This document shows positions 18,274 through 29,654 of a DNA stretch of 64,000 nucleotides, one piece after another. This stretch comes from an uncultured Thermoleophilia bacterium (lineage in GTDB: Bacteria > Actinomycetota > Thermoleophilia > UBA2241). The DNA is taken from NCBI GenBank assembly GCA_963707855.1, contig CAVPRQ010000020.1, positions 114,907 to 178,906 on the forward strand, read 5' to 3'. The first letter of the stretch is position 1. The number at the start of each line of letters is the position of its first letter. The notes under the pieces are model-generated. The model was given only the letters and a program-made list of their open reading frames with translations, was not told where the DNA came from and searched no databases. The position numbers and the translations under genes were made by a program.

Positions 18274-19674
18274 GTGAGCACGATCATCACGCGAATGGGG
18301 GACGCCGCGACCGTCGAGATGACCCGGGACGAGCTGCACCGGGACATCGTCGAGGGCTCGGAGGCGGCGGCGGCCAAGGGCAAGGTCCCCGTTCTGGAGG
18401 AACGCGAGGTCGAGTACCTGCTCGAGATGTTCTCGAGCCCCAGCCGGATCTGGGGGGTCGAGCGCGGTCACGAGGCGATCCTCACCAAGGACGGTTCCAC
18501 GAACACGATCTACTCCTCGCGTCTCTCGAGCGGGGTCTGCGCTCCCCTTGGCAGGGAGGCGGCCGTCCGCCTCTACGAGACCGCCTTCGCCTTCGACACC
18601 ATGGAGGTCGGTCATACCGACTACTCCGTCAAGCCCGCCAAGTTCCTGGCGAGCCTCGAGGCGATGCACATGGAGCTCCTGCAGCAGGTCACCATCCTCC
18701 CACTCTTCTACGGCTTCATGCCCAATCTCGGTCTGTACTACCGCCCGGACGGGCCGTTCCCGAACCCGTCGGACCTGCTGCCCAAGGGCCAGATCGCCGA
18801 GGCGCGTGCGGCTCAGGAAGAGGCGCTCGTGTCCTGTCGCGACGACGTCGTGTGGCTCAGCAAGCAGATGATCGACGTCGCCGCCGACGGCATCAACTAC
18901 GACACGGTCGCCTCGACCGGCGACGCCGACTTCCTCGCCACCCTCCAGGCGTGCGAGGAGATCACGTCGACGACCGACCTGCCGGTCGAGATCGGGATGG
19001 CGGCCGAGATGGTGCTCGGCTTCCACGGCGAGCTCGAGTACGACGGCGTGCGCCTCGCCGGCCTCTGGCCGCACCAGCAGCTCAAGCTGGTGGAGAAGGC
19101 CGGCGCCTCGATCTTCGGTCCGGTGGTGAACACCAACACGCGCAAGTCGTGCGCCTGGAACGTGGCCCGTGCCGTGACCTTCGTCAAGGCGGTCACGGCC
19201 GAGGCGACGATACCGATCCACCCCAACGTCGGACTCGGCGTCGGCGGCGTGCCGATGTTCGAGGTCGCGCCGGCCGACATGGTCTCGCGCGCCAGCGCGG
19301 CGATGATCGAGATCGGCAAGGCCGACGGGTTGTAGGTGGGCACCGGCGACCCCAGCGGCATGGGGATGGCGCACGCTCTCGCCTCGTCGATGGGCGGCAT
19401 CAAGACCACCGGAGACCTGGTGGCCAGGATGCAGCTCAAGAAGATGAGGCTTCCGGAGGCGAAGCGCTACGTGGCCGGCAAGCTCGGCGTGAGCGAGCGC
19501 GACCTCTCCGACTCGACGGTCATGCGCACGGTGCGCGAGGACCTCGACATCGGCGTCGTCACCGCGGTGCCCGGCATCGCGAAGGGGCTCGAGGCCAAGG
19601 CGCGCATCGCCGAGCTCCTCGACATCCGCATCAACTGCGTCGAGCGGCTCAAGCAGAAGACCGGGCTCAGGTAG
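18274..19674 (+). CDS. mtbB: dimethylamine:corrinoid methyltransferase MtbB with in-frame UAG at 19333-19335 (putative pyrrolysine codon)
   Basis: A GTG at 18274 lies 10 nt after GGAGGAGG. ORFs 18166..19335 and 19336..19674 are in the same frame and separated only by TAG. The conserved MtbB blocks RMGD..., EVGHTDYSVKPAKF, PLFYGFMPNLGLYYRPDGPFPNP, VRLAGLWPHQQ and GPVVNTNT are present. The TAG falls in ...IEIGKADGL-[UAG]-VGTGDPSGMG, the position of Pyl (about residue 356 in Methanosarcina MtbB). Total length of about 466 aa equals MtbB. Confidence 0.75.
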
Positions 19675-19745
19675 CATCAGCGCGACCGGCGGCGCCGCGG
19701 CCTCGGGCCGTGGCGCCGCCGGAGCGCAGACCGGAGGTGACGCAC

Positions 19746-21215
19746 GTGAGAAGGAACCCGCAGGCGGGACGTCACCGGCTGGGCGCCCTCAGCCTGGACG
19801 TCTTCACCGAGGACGACCTCGTCGACATCCACCAGGCGACGCTCGAAGTGCTCCGCGAGGCCGGAGTCTTCGTCGAGGATGCCGGGGCGCGGCAAGTGAT
19901 GGCCGCCGGGGGTTGCGAGGTCGACGAGGAGAGCCGGACCGTGCGGATCCCGGCCTACGTGGTCGAGGCGGCGGTGCGCAGCGCGCCCTCGACGCTGCTG
20001 CTGGCCGCCCGCGACCCGGCGAACGACTTCGTCATGGGGCCGGGTCGCGTCGGCTTCACCAACTTCGGCGAGGGTATCAAGATCGTCGACGTCGAGACCG
20101 GCGAGCTGCGCGAGCCGACGAAGAAGGACGTCGGCGAGTCGGCGCTCGTGGTCGACGCCCTGCCCGAGATCGACGTCTACGAGCGCGCCGTCGGGGCGTC
20201 CGACGTCCCGCAATCGGTGGTCCCGGTCCACAATGCCGAAGCCGCCTTCACGAACACGGGCAAGCACATCTTCATCGGACCCGGCAACGGCGAGCTGCTC
20301 AGGCGCATCGTCGACATGGGGGCGGCGATCGCCGGGGGCATGGCCGCCTTTGCCCGTCGCCCGCTGATCTCGTTCAACACCTGTCCTGTCAGTCCGCTCA
20401 AGCTCGTCCAGGACACCTGCGAGATCATCATGGGGGCGGCTCGGACGGGCACCGCGGTCAACATCCTCTCCATGGCGATGGCCGGCGGCTCGTCGCCGGT
20501 GACGCTCGCCGGGACGATGGTCACGCATAACGCCGAGGTCCTTGCCGGCGTGACGCTCTCGCAGCTCACGAAGGAGGGCGCGTCCGTCGTCTACGGCAGC
20601 TCGACGACGGCGATGGACCTTCGTCTCGCCGCCGCCTCGGTCGGCAGCCCCGAGTGCGCTCTCATCAGCGCCGGGGTCGCCTGTCTGGCGCGCTTCTACC
20701 TGCTGCCGAGCTGGGTCGCCGGGGCGTAGGGCGACGGCAAGATCGTGGACGCGCAATCCGGCCACGAGAAGACGCTCACAGGCCTACTGCCGGCGTTGGC
20801 AGGCGCCAACCTGATCTACGGCCTGGGGATGCTCGAGTCCGGGATGACGTTCGATTTCGGCCAGCTGGTGCTGGACCACGAGTTCGCGCGCTTCATCAAG
20901 CAGGCGGTCGCCGGGATCCCGGTGAGCGACGAGACACTGATGGTGGAGGAGATCAAGAAGGTAGGCGCCTTCGGCGACTTCCTCAGCCTCGACAGCACGA
21001 TGAAGTACATGCGCGGACAGTCCCAGCCGAAGCTCATCGACCGGCGCGTGCGCGACGAGTGGAAGGCGGCCGGCTCGACGGACGTGTACCGGCGCGCCCT
21101 TGACGAGGCGCGCCGGATCCTCGCCGAGCACCGGCCGCCGCCGCTGCCCGACGGCGCCGCCGACGAGCTGCGTCGCATCGTCAGTGAGACCGAGCGCGAG
21201 TTGGCGACCGACTGA
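19746..21215 (+). CDS. mttB: trimethylamine:corrinoid methyltransferase MttB with in-frame UAG at 20727-20729 (putative pyrrolysine codon)
   Basis: A GTG at 19746 lies 9 nt after GGAGG. The reading frame of 18852..20729 continues in-frame into 20745..21215 across TAG. MttB-family sequence includes LSLDVFTEDDL, NILSMAMAGGSSPVTLAGTMVTHNAEVLAG and ...LPSWVAGA-[UAG]-GDGKIVDAQSGHEKTLTGLLPALAGANLIYGLGMLE. The amber is at the Pyl334-equivalent position. Total length of about 490 aa equals MttB. Confidence 0.75.
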
Positions 21216-21240
21216 CGCGGCCCGGACGACCTTCGGCCCG

Positions 21241-21284
21241 CGTGAGAGGGGCGGGGCGCCCGCGGGCGCCCCGCCCCTCTCACG
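21241..21284 (+). terminator. perfect 44-nt palindrome after mttB (intrinsic terminator-like)
   Basis: cgtgagaggggcggggcgcccgcg / cgcgggcgccccgcccctctcacg sits 26 nt after the mttB stop. Confidence 0.55.
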
Positions 21285-21342
21285 TGCGGCCGCCGACGCC
21301 GGCGGGCGTCGATGCTCGTGCCCGCCTGCGCCGTCACGCTCA

Positions 21343-21428
21343 CTCGTCGTCCGCGGCGCAGCACCTTGCTGACCTCGATGCCCTTCGGCACGGTCAGGCC
21401 GAGGCCGCGACGGAGCAGGTTCGAGACC
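21343..21428 (-). repeat. approximately 85-bp duplicated fragment of the 3' end of the FAD-oxidoreductase gene (partner copy at 23199-23285)
   Basis: About 95% identity to the 3' terminus of the 23198..24692 gene (encodes ...VSNLLRRGLGLTVPKGIEVSKVLRR). It forms a direct repeat flanking the LarA-like gene. Confidence 0.7.
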
Positions 21429-21699
21429 ACCTGCACGTTCGACAGCCCCTGCGCGATCGGCGGTGGTATGATCACGAAACTCGCATGGCTTCAATAAGCT
21501 GCGCGATTCTTGTTCGGCGCGGGATCGTCTGTCGGCTTCGCTGACGGAACGCTCGATCGCCGACGAGGACGGGGTGGCGACGCCGACGACGGCGGCCGAA
21601 CGCGAGACCATGCAGCGCGAGCGCTGCGCGGAGCGGGGCTGCAGGCGCCCGGCGGCTGAACGGCCCGTCGGGGCGCGCGAGGCAGGAAGAGGAGAATCG

Positions 21700-23067
21700 A
21701 TGTCCGGGACGATGGACGTGGCGGCGAGCGTGCAGCTTGGGCTGCCGTACGGCGACGGCGAGGTGCGCTTCTCGCTGCCGCGGGCCAACCTGGTGGGCGT
21801 GATCGAAGCCCGCGGCGGCGGCGCGTGCGAGCCGAGCGACCTCGACGGCGACGCGAGCCGCGAGGCGCTGACACGAGGCCCTGCGGCGGGTGATGCGCAC
21901 TCGGTCGCGGCCGGCCCGACGCCGGCGGAAGAGGAGGCCGAGATACGGCGCGCCCTGGCGGAGCCGATCGGCGCGCCGCGCCTCGGCGAGCTCGCAGCTC
22001 AGGCGTCCTCGGCGGTCGTCGTCGTCAGCGACGTGACGCGGCCGGTCCCCTCGTACAAGTTCCTGCCCGTCCTCATAGAGGAGCTGCGGCCGCTGTTGCC
22101 CGAGGCGATCACGATCCTGTTCGCCCTCGGCAGCCACCGGCGCCAGACGCCCGCCGAGCAACTCGCCCTCGTCGGCGAAGAAGTGGCGGCGAGCGGCGTG
22201 CGCCTTCTCGATTTCGACCGGGAAGACTGCGTCCCGTACGGCACGACGAGTCGCGGCACGCCGCTCGCCGTCTCCCGCACCTACGCCGAAGCGGACCTGC
22301 GGATCTGCACCGGGGGCATCGACTACCACGCCTTCGCCGGGTTCTCCGGGGGGTCCAAGTCGGTCCTCCCGGGCGTCTGTGCCTCGGCGTCGATCCAGGC
22401 CAACCACGGCATGCTGCTCGAGGACATGGCGCACGCGGGCGTGCTCGAGGGGAACCCGGTGCGCGAGGACATGGACGAGGCCGGCGCCATCATCGGCATC
22501 GACTACCTCCTCAACGTCCTCATCGACGACGAGCGCCGCATCATCGGCGCCGTGGCCGGCGAGTTCCTCGCGGCGCACCGCGCGGGCTGCGCCCTCCACG
22601 ACGCGCGCTGCGACTTGCGCATCGACGCGCGGGCCGACGTGGTCGTCGCCTCCCCGGGCGGCGCGCCCAAGGATATCGACCTCTACCAGGCGCAGAAGAC
22701 GCTCGACAACGTGTCCGACGCGGTCCGTGACGGCGGCGTCGTCGTGCTCGCCGCGCGCTGCGACGACGGGCTCGGCCACCCGGTCTTCGAGCGATGGATG
22801 GCGGAGATGGAGGAGCCGGCCGATCTCGTCGAGAGGATCCGTCGCGAGTTCGTCGTCGGCGGGCACAAGGCCGCGGCGATCGCCGGGCTGCTCATGCGGG
22901 TCTCCCTCTTCCTCGTCTCCGATCTGCCGGACGACGTCGTGGCCGACATGCGGATGACGCCGTTCGCCACCGTCGACGACGCCGTCACCGCGGCGCTGCA
23001 GCGCTGCGGTGACGGCGCCGGCGTGCTCGTCGTGCCGCACGGTGTCCGGGTGACCGTGCGGGGTTGA
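21700..23067 (+). CDS. LarA-like (lactate racemase family, nickel-pincer cofactor dependent) protein
   Basis: An ATG at 21700 follows gaggag. LarA N-terminal domain motifs VSDVTRPVP, ALGSHRRQT and GGSKSV are present, with a DUF2088/LarA-like fold. This is the C-terminal 455 aa of ORF 21574..23067. Confidence 0.65.
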   Translation: MSGTMDVAASVQLGLPYGDGEVRFSLPRANLVGVIEARGGGACEPSDLDGDASREALTRGPAAGDAHSVAAGPTPAEEEAEIRRALAEPIGAPRLGELAAQASSAVVVVSDVTRPVPSYKFLPVLIEELRPLLPEAITILFALGSHRRQTPAEQLALVGEEVAASGVRLLDFDREDCVPYGTTSRGTPLAVSRTYAEADLRICTGGIDYHAFAGFSGGSKSVLPGVCASASIQANHGMLLEDMAHAGVLEGNPVREDMDEAGAIIGIDYLLNVLIDDERRIIGAVAGEFLAAHRAGCALHDARCDLRIDARADVVVASPGGAPKDIDLYQAQKTLDNVSDAVRDGGVVVLAARCDDGLGHPVFERWMAEMEEPADLVERIRREFVVGGHKAAAIAGLLMRVSLFLVSDLPDDVVADMRMTPFATVDDAVTAALQRCGDGAGVLVVPHGVRVTVRG

Positions 23068-23197
23068 CGAGGCAGGGTCCGGCGGCGATCTCGGCGCGCG
23101 GCTCGCTGCGCGACATGCGCGCGAGGGCCTCGCCCATGCGGGCAGGGATGGGTGGCTCCATGGCCACGTCGTCGTGCGGGCGGCCCCGCAGACCGAG

Positions 23198-24692
23198 TCA
23201 GTCGTCGTCGCGGCGCAGCACCTTGCTGACCTCGATGCCCTTCGGCACGGTCAGGCCGAGGCCGCGACGCAGGAGGTTCGACACGGGGTCGGGCTTCTTG
23301 CCCTCGTCCTCGAGGATCTCGTAGCGCTCGATCGCGGAGCGCATGGCGCGCGCGCCGACGAAGCGGAACGGCTCGGGTGGCAGGTAGCTCGGCGGCTCGG
23401 AGACGAGCGGCGAGCGCGCGTGGTCGTCGTCGCGTTCGAGCGCGACGGAGGCGAGCGTGCGGCCGATGAGGTTGCTCGGCGCGACGCCGTTGCCGCCGTA
23501 GCCGATCCCGTAGTGGATGTTGCGCGCCTTGCCCAGGGTGCCGACCCAGGGGAAGCCGTGCTGCGTGCGCTCGACCGGGCCGCCCCAGCGCCACTCGACG
23601 GTGAGGCCGCCGGTGGCGGGGAAGAGGGCGCGCATGTCGGCGACGATGCTCTCGGCGTTGGCCTTGTCGTGGAAGTGGCTGGGGATGACCCGCCCGGCGT
23701 AGCCCAGGCGGCCGCCGCCGCGGCCGAAGACCAGCCGGTCGTCGGCCGTGCGCTGACCGTAGTGGACGGCCGTGCGGCCGTCGGCGAAGGGCCGGCCGCG
23801 CTGCCAGCCCATCTCGTCGAGGATCGCGGCGGAGGGCGAGGTCGCGACGATGTGCGCCGGGATCACGAAGACGGTCCGGCGCAGCTCCGAGACCTGGGCC
23901 GTCCACGCGCCGCTGGCGAGGACGACCTTCTGCGCCGTCACGCAGCCGGCGGGCGTCTCGACGACCGCCGGCGCCGACCGGCGCAGGCGCGTCATGGGGC
24001 TCGCCTCAAAGACCCTGACGCCGGCCTCGACGGCCAGCCGGCGCAGGCCCTGGGCGAGGAGCGCCGGCTGGACGCCGCCGGCCGTCTTGAGCACGACGCC
24101 GCCGAGCGCCCGGGGCGAGCCGCAGGCCGCCTTCGCCTGCTCCGCGTCGAGCAGCTCGACGAGGTGGGCCGTCCCGTGCTTCTCGCGCTCGGCGGCGTCC
24201 TCCTCGAAGCGCGCCATCTGCGCCTCGGAGAGGGCGATCTCGAGCCCGCTGTTCATCACGAAGTCACAGTCGAGGCCGCCCTCGGTCACGGCGCGCCCGA
24301 TCTCCCGGACCCCCTCGAGCGATCTGCTCGACCAGCCAGCGGGCGGCGTCGGCGCCGAAGCGCGCGACGAGCGACGGCAGGGCGTCCTCCCAGCCGTTCA
24401 CCCAGCCGCCGTTGCGGCCTGAGGCGCCGAGGCCGCAGACCGTCTGCTCGACGAGCACGACGTCGGTGTCCGGCGCCAGCCGCTTGACGTACAGCGCCGT
24501 CCACAGGCCGGTGAAGCCGCCGCCGACGATGCAGAGGTCGGCGTGGATCGCGTCGGTCAGCGGGGTGACGTCGGGGGGCGTCCAGCGCTCGTCGCCCCCG
24601 CACCAGTAGATGCCGTCCCTGGGCTGATCCGACGTTGCGACCTGGCCGACCGACATGACGCACCTCCGACGCTGATGACCGTTCGCGTGCAA
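23198..24692 (-). pseudogene. FAD-dependent oxidoreductase (PuuB/OrdL gamma-glutamylputrescine oxidase-like), apparent frameshift near 24270-24300
   Basis: Two overlapping minus ORFs (24264..24692 and 23198..24289) together give a DadA-family protein (IVGGGFTGLWTALYV, GASGRNGGWV). The frame break could be an assembly indel. Confidence 0.6.
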
Positions 24693-24801
24693 GGCTATCA
24701 GCGGCGCGGTCGCGGTCCAATGGGCGCGCGGCGCGTCCCGCGCTCGCGCACGTCACGCCCTGGGCCCGCCTGCGCCGCGCCTTGCGCCTGCGCGCGCGCC
24801 T

Positions 24802-24915
24802 GACGTACACTCTCCGGACCATGCGTCACGGTGCGACAAGCGAGTCCAGCCGGGAGGCCCACATTGAGGTACGCGCCCGCGACCTCGAGCTCCTCGGCGG
24901 CCTGCTCCTGCTCCC
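24802..24915 (+). CDS. putative leucine-rich leader peptide of the leu operon (MRHGATSESSREAHIEVRARDLELLGGLLLLPLRGDV)
   Basis: 37-codon ORF 115 nt upstream of leuA with 7 Leu codons among 12 residues (LELLGGLLLLPL). It is followed by the hairpin gacggccacgcgtgccgtc. It is not in the ORF track because it is under 60 aa. Confidence 0.45.
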
Positions 24916-25030
24916 CCTCCGGGGGGATGTGTAGACACCTGCCGGCCCACAGGGCCACCCTTCGATCAGGCACCGACGCTCCGATCTTCCTGACGGCCAC
25001 GCGTGCCGTCACGGGGGAAGTGAGGGACTC

Positions 25031-26607
<1,577 letters not shown>

Positions 26608-26608
<1 letters not shown>

Positions 26609-27903
26609 TGGGACAGACGATCACCGAGAAGATCCTCGCCCGGGCGTCCGGGCGCGACGGGGCGCGCGCCGGCGACATCGTCGAGGCGCGCGTCGACCTC
26701 GCGATGGCCAACGACATCACGGCGCCGCTGGCGATCGCCGAGTTCGAGAACGCCGGGTTCGACAAGGTGTTCGACCCGGCCCGGATCGCCCTCGTGCCGG
26801 ACCACTTCACGCCCAACAAGGACATCAAGACGGCCGGCCAGGTCAAGAAGGTGCGCGAGTTCGCGCGCAAGCACGGCGTCGCGCACTTCTTCGAGACCGG
26901 CCGCGTCGGCATCGAGCACGTGATCCTGCCCGACATGGGCATGGTGGCGCCGGGCGACGTCGTCGTCGGCGCCGACTCGCACACCTGCACCTACGGCGCC
27001 GTCGCCGCCTTCTCGACCGGCGTCGGCTCGACCGACTTCGCCGCCGCGATGGCCTGGGGCCGCGTGTGGCTGCGCGTGCCCGAGACGCTGAAGTTCGTCT
27101 ATCGCGGGCGGCCCGGGAAGTACGTCGTCGGCAAGGACCTCATGCTGCACACGATCGGCCTGATCGGCGTCGACGGCGCCCTCTACAAGGCGATGGAGTT
27201 CGCCGGCGAGGCGATCGAGACGCTCTCCATGGACGGCCGCTTCACGATGTGCAACATGGCGATCGAGGCCGGCGGCAAGAGCGGCATCGTCGGCTTCGAC
27301 GAGAAGACGACGAGCTACCTCCAGAGCCGGCCCGAGGGCAGCCGGGCGCGCGTCGCCGGGCAGGTGTTCGCGAGCGACCGCGACGCGGCGTACGCGCAGG
27401 TCTTCGAGATCGACGCGAGCGCCGTCCGGCCGACCGTCGCCAAGCCGCACCTGCCGTCGAACACCGTCCCGGCCGACACGCTCGCCGACGTCAAGATCGA
27501 CCAGGTCGTCGTCGGCTCGTGCACCAACGGCCGGCTCGTCGACCTGCAGCAGGCGGCCGCGGTGCTCAGGGGCCGCCAGGTCCACCCCGACGTGCGCCTC
27601 ATCATCCTGCCCGGCTCGCAGGAGGTCTTTCTGGCCGCGAGCCGGGACGGCACCATGCAGGCGCTGGTCGAGGCCGGCGCCGCCTTCAGCACGCCGACCT
27701 GCGGCGCCTGCCTCGGCGGCCACATGGGCGTGCTCGCCGCCGGCGAGCGCGCCGTGGCGACGACGAACCGCAACTTCGTCGGCCGCATGGGCCATCCCGA
27801 GAGCGAGGTCTACCTGTCCAACCCGTACGTGGCCGCCGCCTCGGCGATCGCCGGCCACGTCGCGACGCCCGACATGGTCGCGGCGGGGAAGGGTGGTGCG
27901 TGA
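26608..27903 (+). CDS. leuC: 3-isopropylmalate dehydratase large subunit
   Basis: An ATG at 26608 gives MGQTITEKILARASG... with aconitase-family motifs (GSCTNGR, CGACLGG). This is the C-terminal part of the long track ORF 25729..27903. Confidence 0.9.
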
Positions 27904-28409
27904 TGACCTTCGAGGGCACGGTCCACGTCTACGGCCGCGACGTCGACACCGACGTCATCATCCCGGCCCGGTACCTGAACACCAGCGACCCGGCGGAGCT
28001 CGCGAAGCACTGCATGGAGGACATCGACCCGGAGTTCGTGACCCGCGTGCAGCCGGGCGACATCATCGTCGCCGGCGAGAACTTCGGCTGCGGGAGCTCG
28101 CGCGAGCACGCCCCGGTGGCGATCAGGGCCTCCGGCGTGAGCTGCGTCGTCGCCGCCTCGTTCGCGCGCATCTTCTACCGCAACGCGTTCAACACCGGCC
28201 TGCCGATCGTGGTCTGCCCCGAGGCGGCCCGTGAGGTCAAGGCCGGCGACCGCCTGCGCGTCGACGTCGTCGAGGGCAAGGTCGAGGACCTGACCACCGG
28301 CAAGACGTTCACGGCCGACGCCTACCCGCCCTTCATGCGCGAGCTGGTCGACAGCGGCGGCCTGCTGCCGTACGTCAAGAAGCGTCTGGCGGAGGAGTCC
28401 CGGGAATAG
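27903..28409 (+). CDS. leuD: 3-isopropylmalate dehydratase small subunit
   Basis: MTFEGTVHVYGRDVDTDVIIPARYL...GENFGCGSSREHAP is the LeuD/aconitase swivel domain. Its start overlaps the leuC stop. Confidence 0.9.
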   Translation: MTFEGTVHVYGRDVDTDVIIPARYLNTSDPAELAKHCMEDIDPEFVTRVQPGDIIVAGENFGCGSSREHAPVAIRASGVSCVVAASFARIFYRNAFNTGLPIVVCPEAAREVKAGDRLRVDVVEGKVEDLTTGKTFTADAYPPFMRELVDSGGLLPYVKKRLAEESRE

Positions 28410-28493
28410 CCGCCGCAGGCGAGCTGTCGAGCGGGGCGCCGGAGGTGCACCGCTCATAGCGCGCAAGCCCATTCGTCATCGGAGAGAGGAAGC

Positions 28494-29576
28494 ATGGGGA
28501 AGACGTACAAGATCGCGGTGCTGCCGGGCGACGGCACGGGGCCCGAGGTGGTCGCTGAAGGACTGAAGGTCCTGCAGGCGGCCGCCGCCAAGCACCAGTT
28601 CGCGCTCGACCTGACGCACTACGACCTCGGCGGCGACCGCTACCTGCGCACCGGCGAGATCCTGCCGGCCTCGGCCGTCGAAGAGCTGAAGGGATTCGAC
28701 TCGATCTACCTCGGCGCCATCGGGCACCCGGACGTCGAGCCCGGCATCCTCGAGAAGGGCCTTCTCCTCCGCCTCCGCTTCGAGCTGGACCAGTACATCA
28801 ACCTGCGTCCCGTGCGCCTCTACCCCGGCGTCGAGACCCCGCTGAAGGACAAGGGCCCGAAGGAGATCGACTACACCGTGGTCCGCGAGAACTCCGGCGA
28901 CGTGTACGCCGGCGGCGGCGGCAGCATGATGAAGGGCACGCCCCATGAAGTGGCCGTCCAGAACATGGTGTACAGCTGCGCCCAGGTCGACCGCTGTCTG
29001 CGCTGGGCGTTCGAGTACGCGCGCAAGCACGGCAAGAAGGCGCGCGGCATCGGCCCGGACAACACCCTCGGCCTGGTGGGCAAGACCAACGTGCTGACGT
29101 ACGTCTACGACCTCTGGTTCCGCCGCTTCAACGAGATCGGCGACGAGGAGTACCCGGACGTCAAGCGCGAGTACTACCACGTGGACGCCACCTGCATGTG
29201 GATGGTCAAGAGCCCGGAGTGGTTCGACGTCCTGGTGACCGGCAACATGTTCGGCGACATCATCACGGACCTGGGCGCCATCACCCAGGGCGGGATGGGC
29301 GTCGCGGCCGGGGGCAACATCAACCCCGAGGGTGTCAGCATGTTCGAGCCCATCGGCGGTTCGGCGCCCAAGTACACGGGCCTGGGCGTGATCAACCCCA
29401 TCGCAGCCATCGTGGCCGGCGCGATGATGCTCGATACCTTGGGCGAGAGCCAGGCAGCGCAGGACGTCGAGAGCGCTGTGGCCGAGGTCACCGGCACGAA
29501 GATGAAGGGCATGGCATCCGGCCAGATGGGCTACTCGACGTCCGAGGTCGGCGACCTCGTGGCCGAGCGCGTATGA
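28494..29576 (+). CDS. leuB: 3-isopropylmalate dehydrogenase
   Basis: 360 aa with the MGKTYKIAVLPGDGTGPEV N-terminus and an isocitrate/IPM dehydrogenase fold. Confidence 0.9.
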   Translation: MGKTYKIAVLPGDGTGPEVVAEGLKVLQAAAAKHQFALDLTHYDLGGDRYLRTGEILPASAVEELKGFDSIYLGAIGHPDVEPGILEKGLLLRLRFELDQYINLRPVRLYPGVETPLKDKGPKEIDYTVVRENSGDVYAGGGGSMMKGTPHEVAVQNMVYSCAQVDRCLRWAFEYARKHGKKARGIGPDNTLGLVGKTNVLTYVYDLWFRRFNEIGDEEYPDVKREYYHVDATCMWMVKSPEWFDVLVTGNMFGDIITDLGAITQGGMGVAAGGNINPEGVSMFEPIGGSAPKYTGLGVINPIAAIVAGAMMLDTLGESQAAQDVESAVAEVTGTKMKGMASGQMGYSTSEVGDLVAERV

Positions 29577-29654
29577 CGGTGCAGGAGGCCAGGTCAGCCC
29601 TTGAATAGGGACAGAAGGTGCCGCGCGGAGCGCGCGTGAAGGTCAGGAGGACCG

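Noticed and set aside
18852-19745. N-terminal 298 codons of the 625-aa ORF 18852..20729
   Set aside because: This part is an alternative frame overlapping the 3' half of mtbB. Only the portion from GTG 19746 onward is MttB-like.
21415-21440. caggttcgagaccacctg resembling a tRNA T-arm (GGTTCGAnnCC)
   Set aside because: It lies inside the duplicated coding fragment. The identical motif occurs in the full gene at about 23275, and there is no acceptor or anticodon arm.
21574-21699. N-terminal 42 codons of ORF 21574..23067
   Set aside because: This stretch is low-complexity (MATPTTAAERETMQRERCAERGCRRPAAERPVGAREAGRGES). A good RBS (gaggag) precedes the ATG at 21700, where LarA-like similarity begins.
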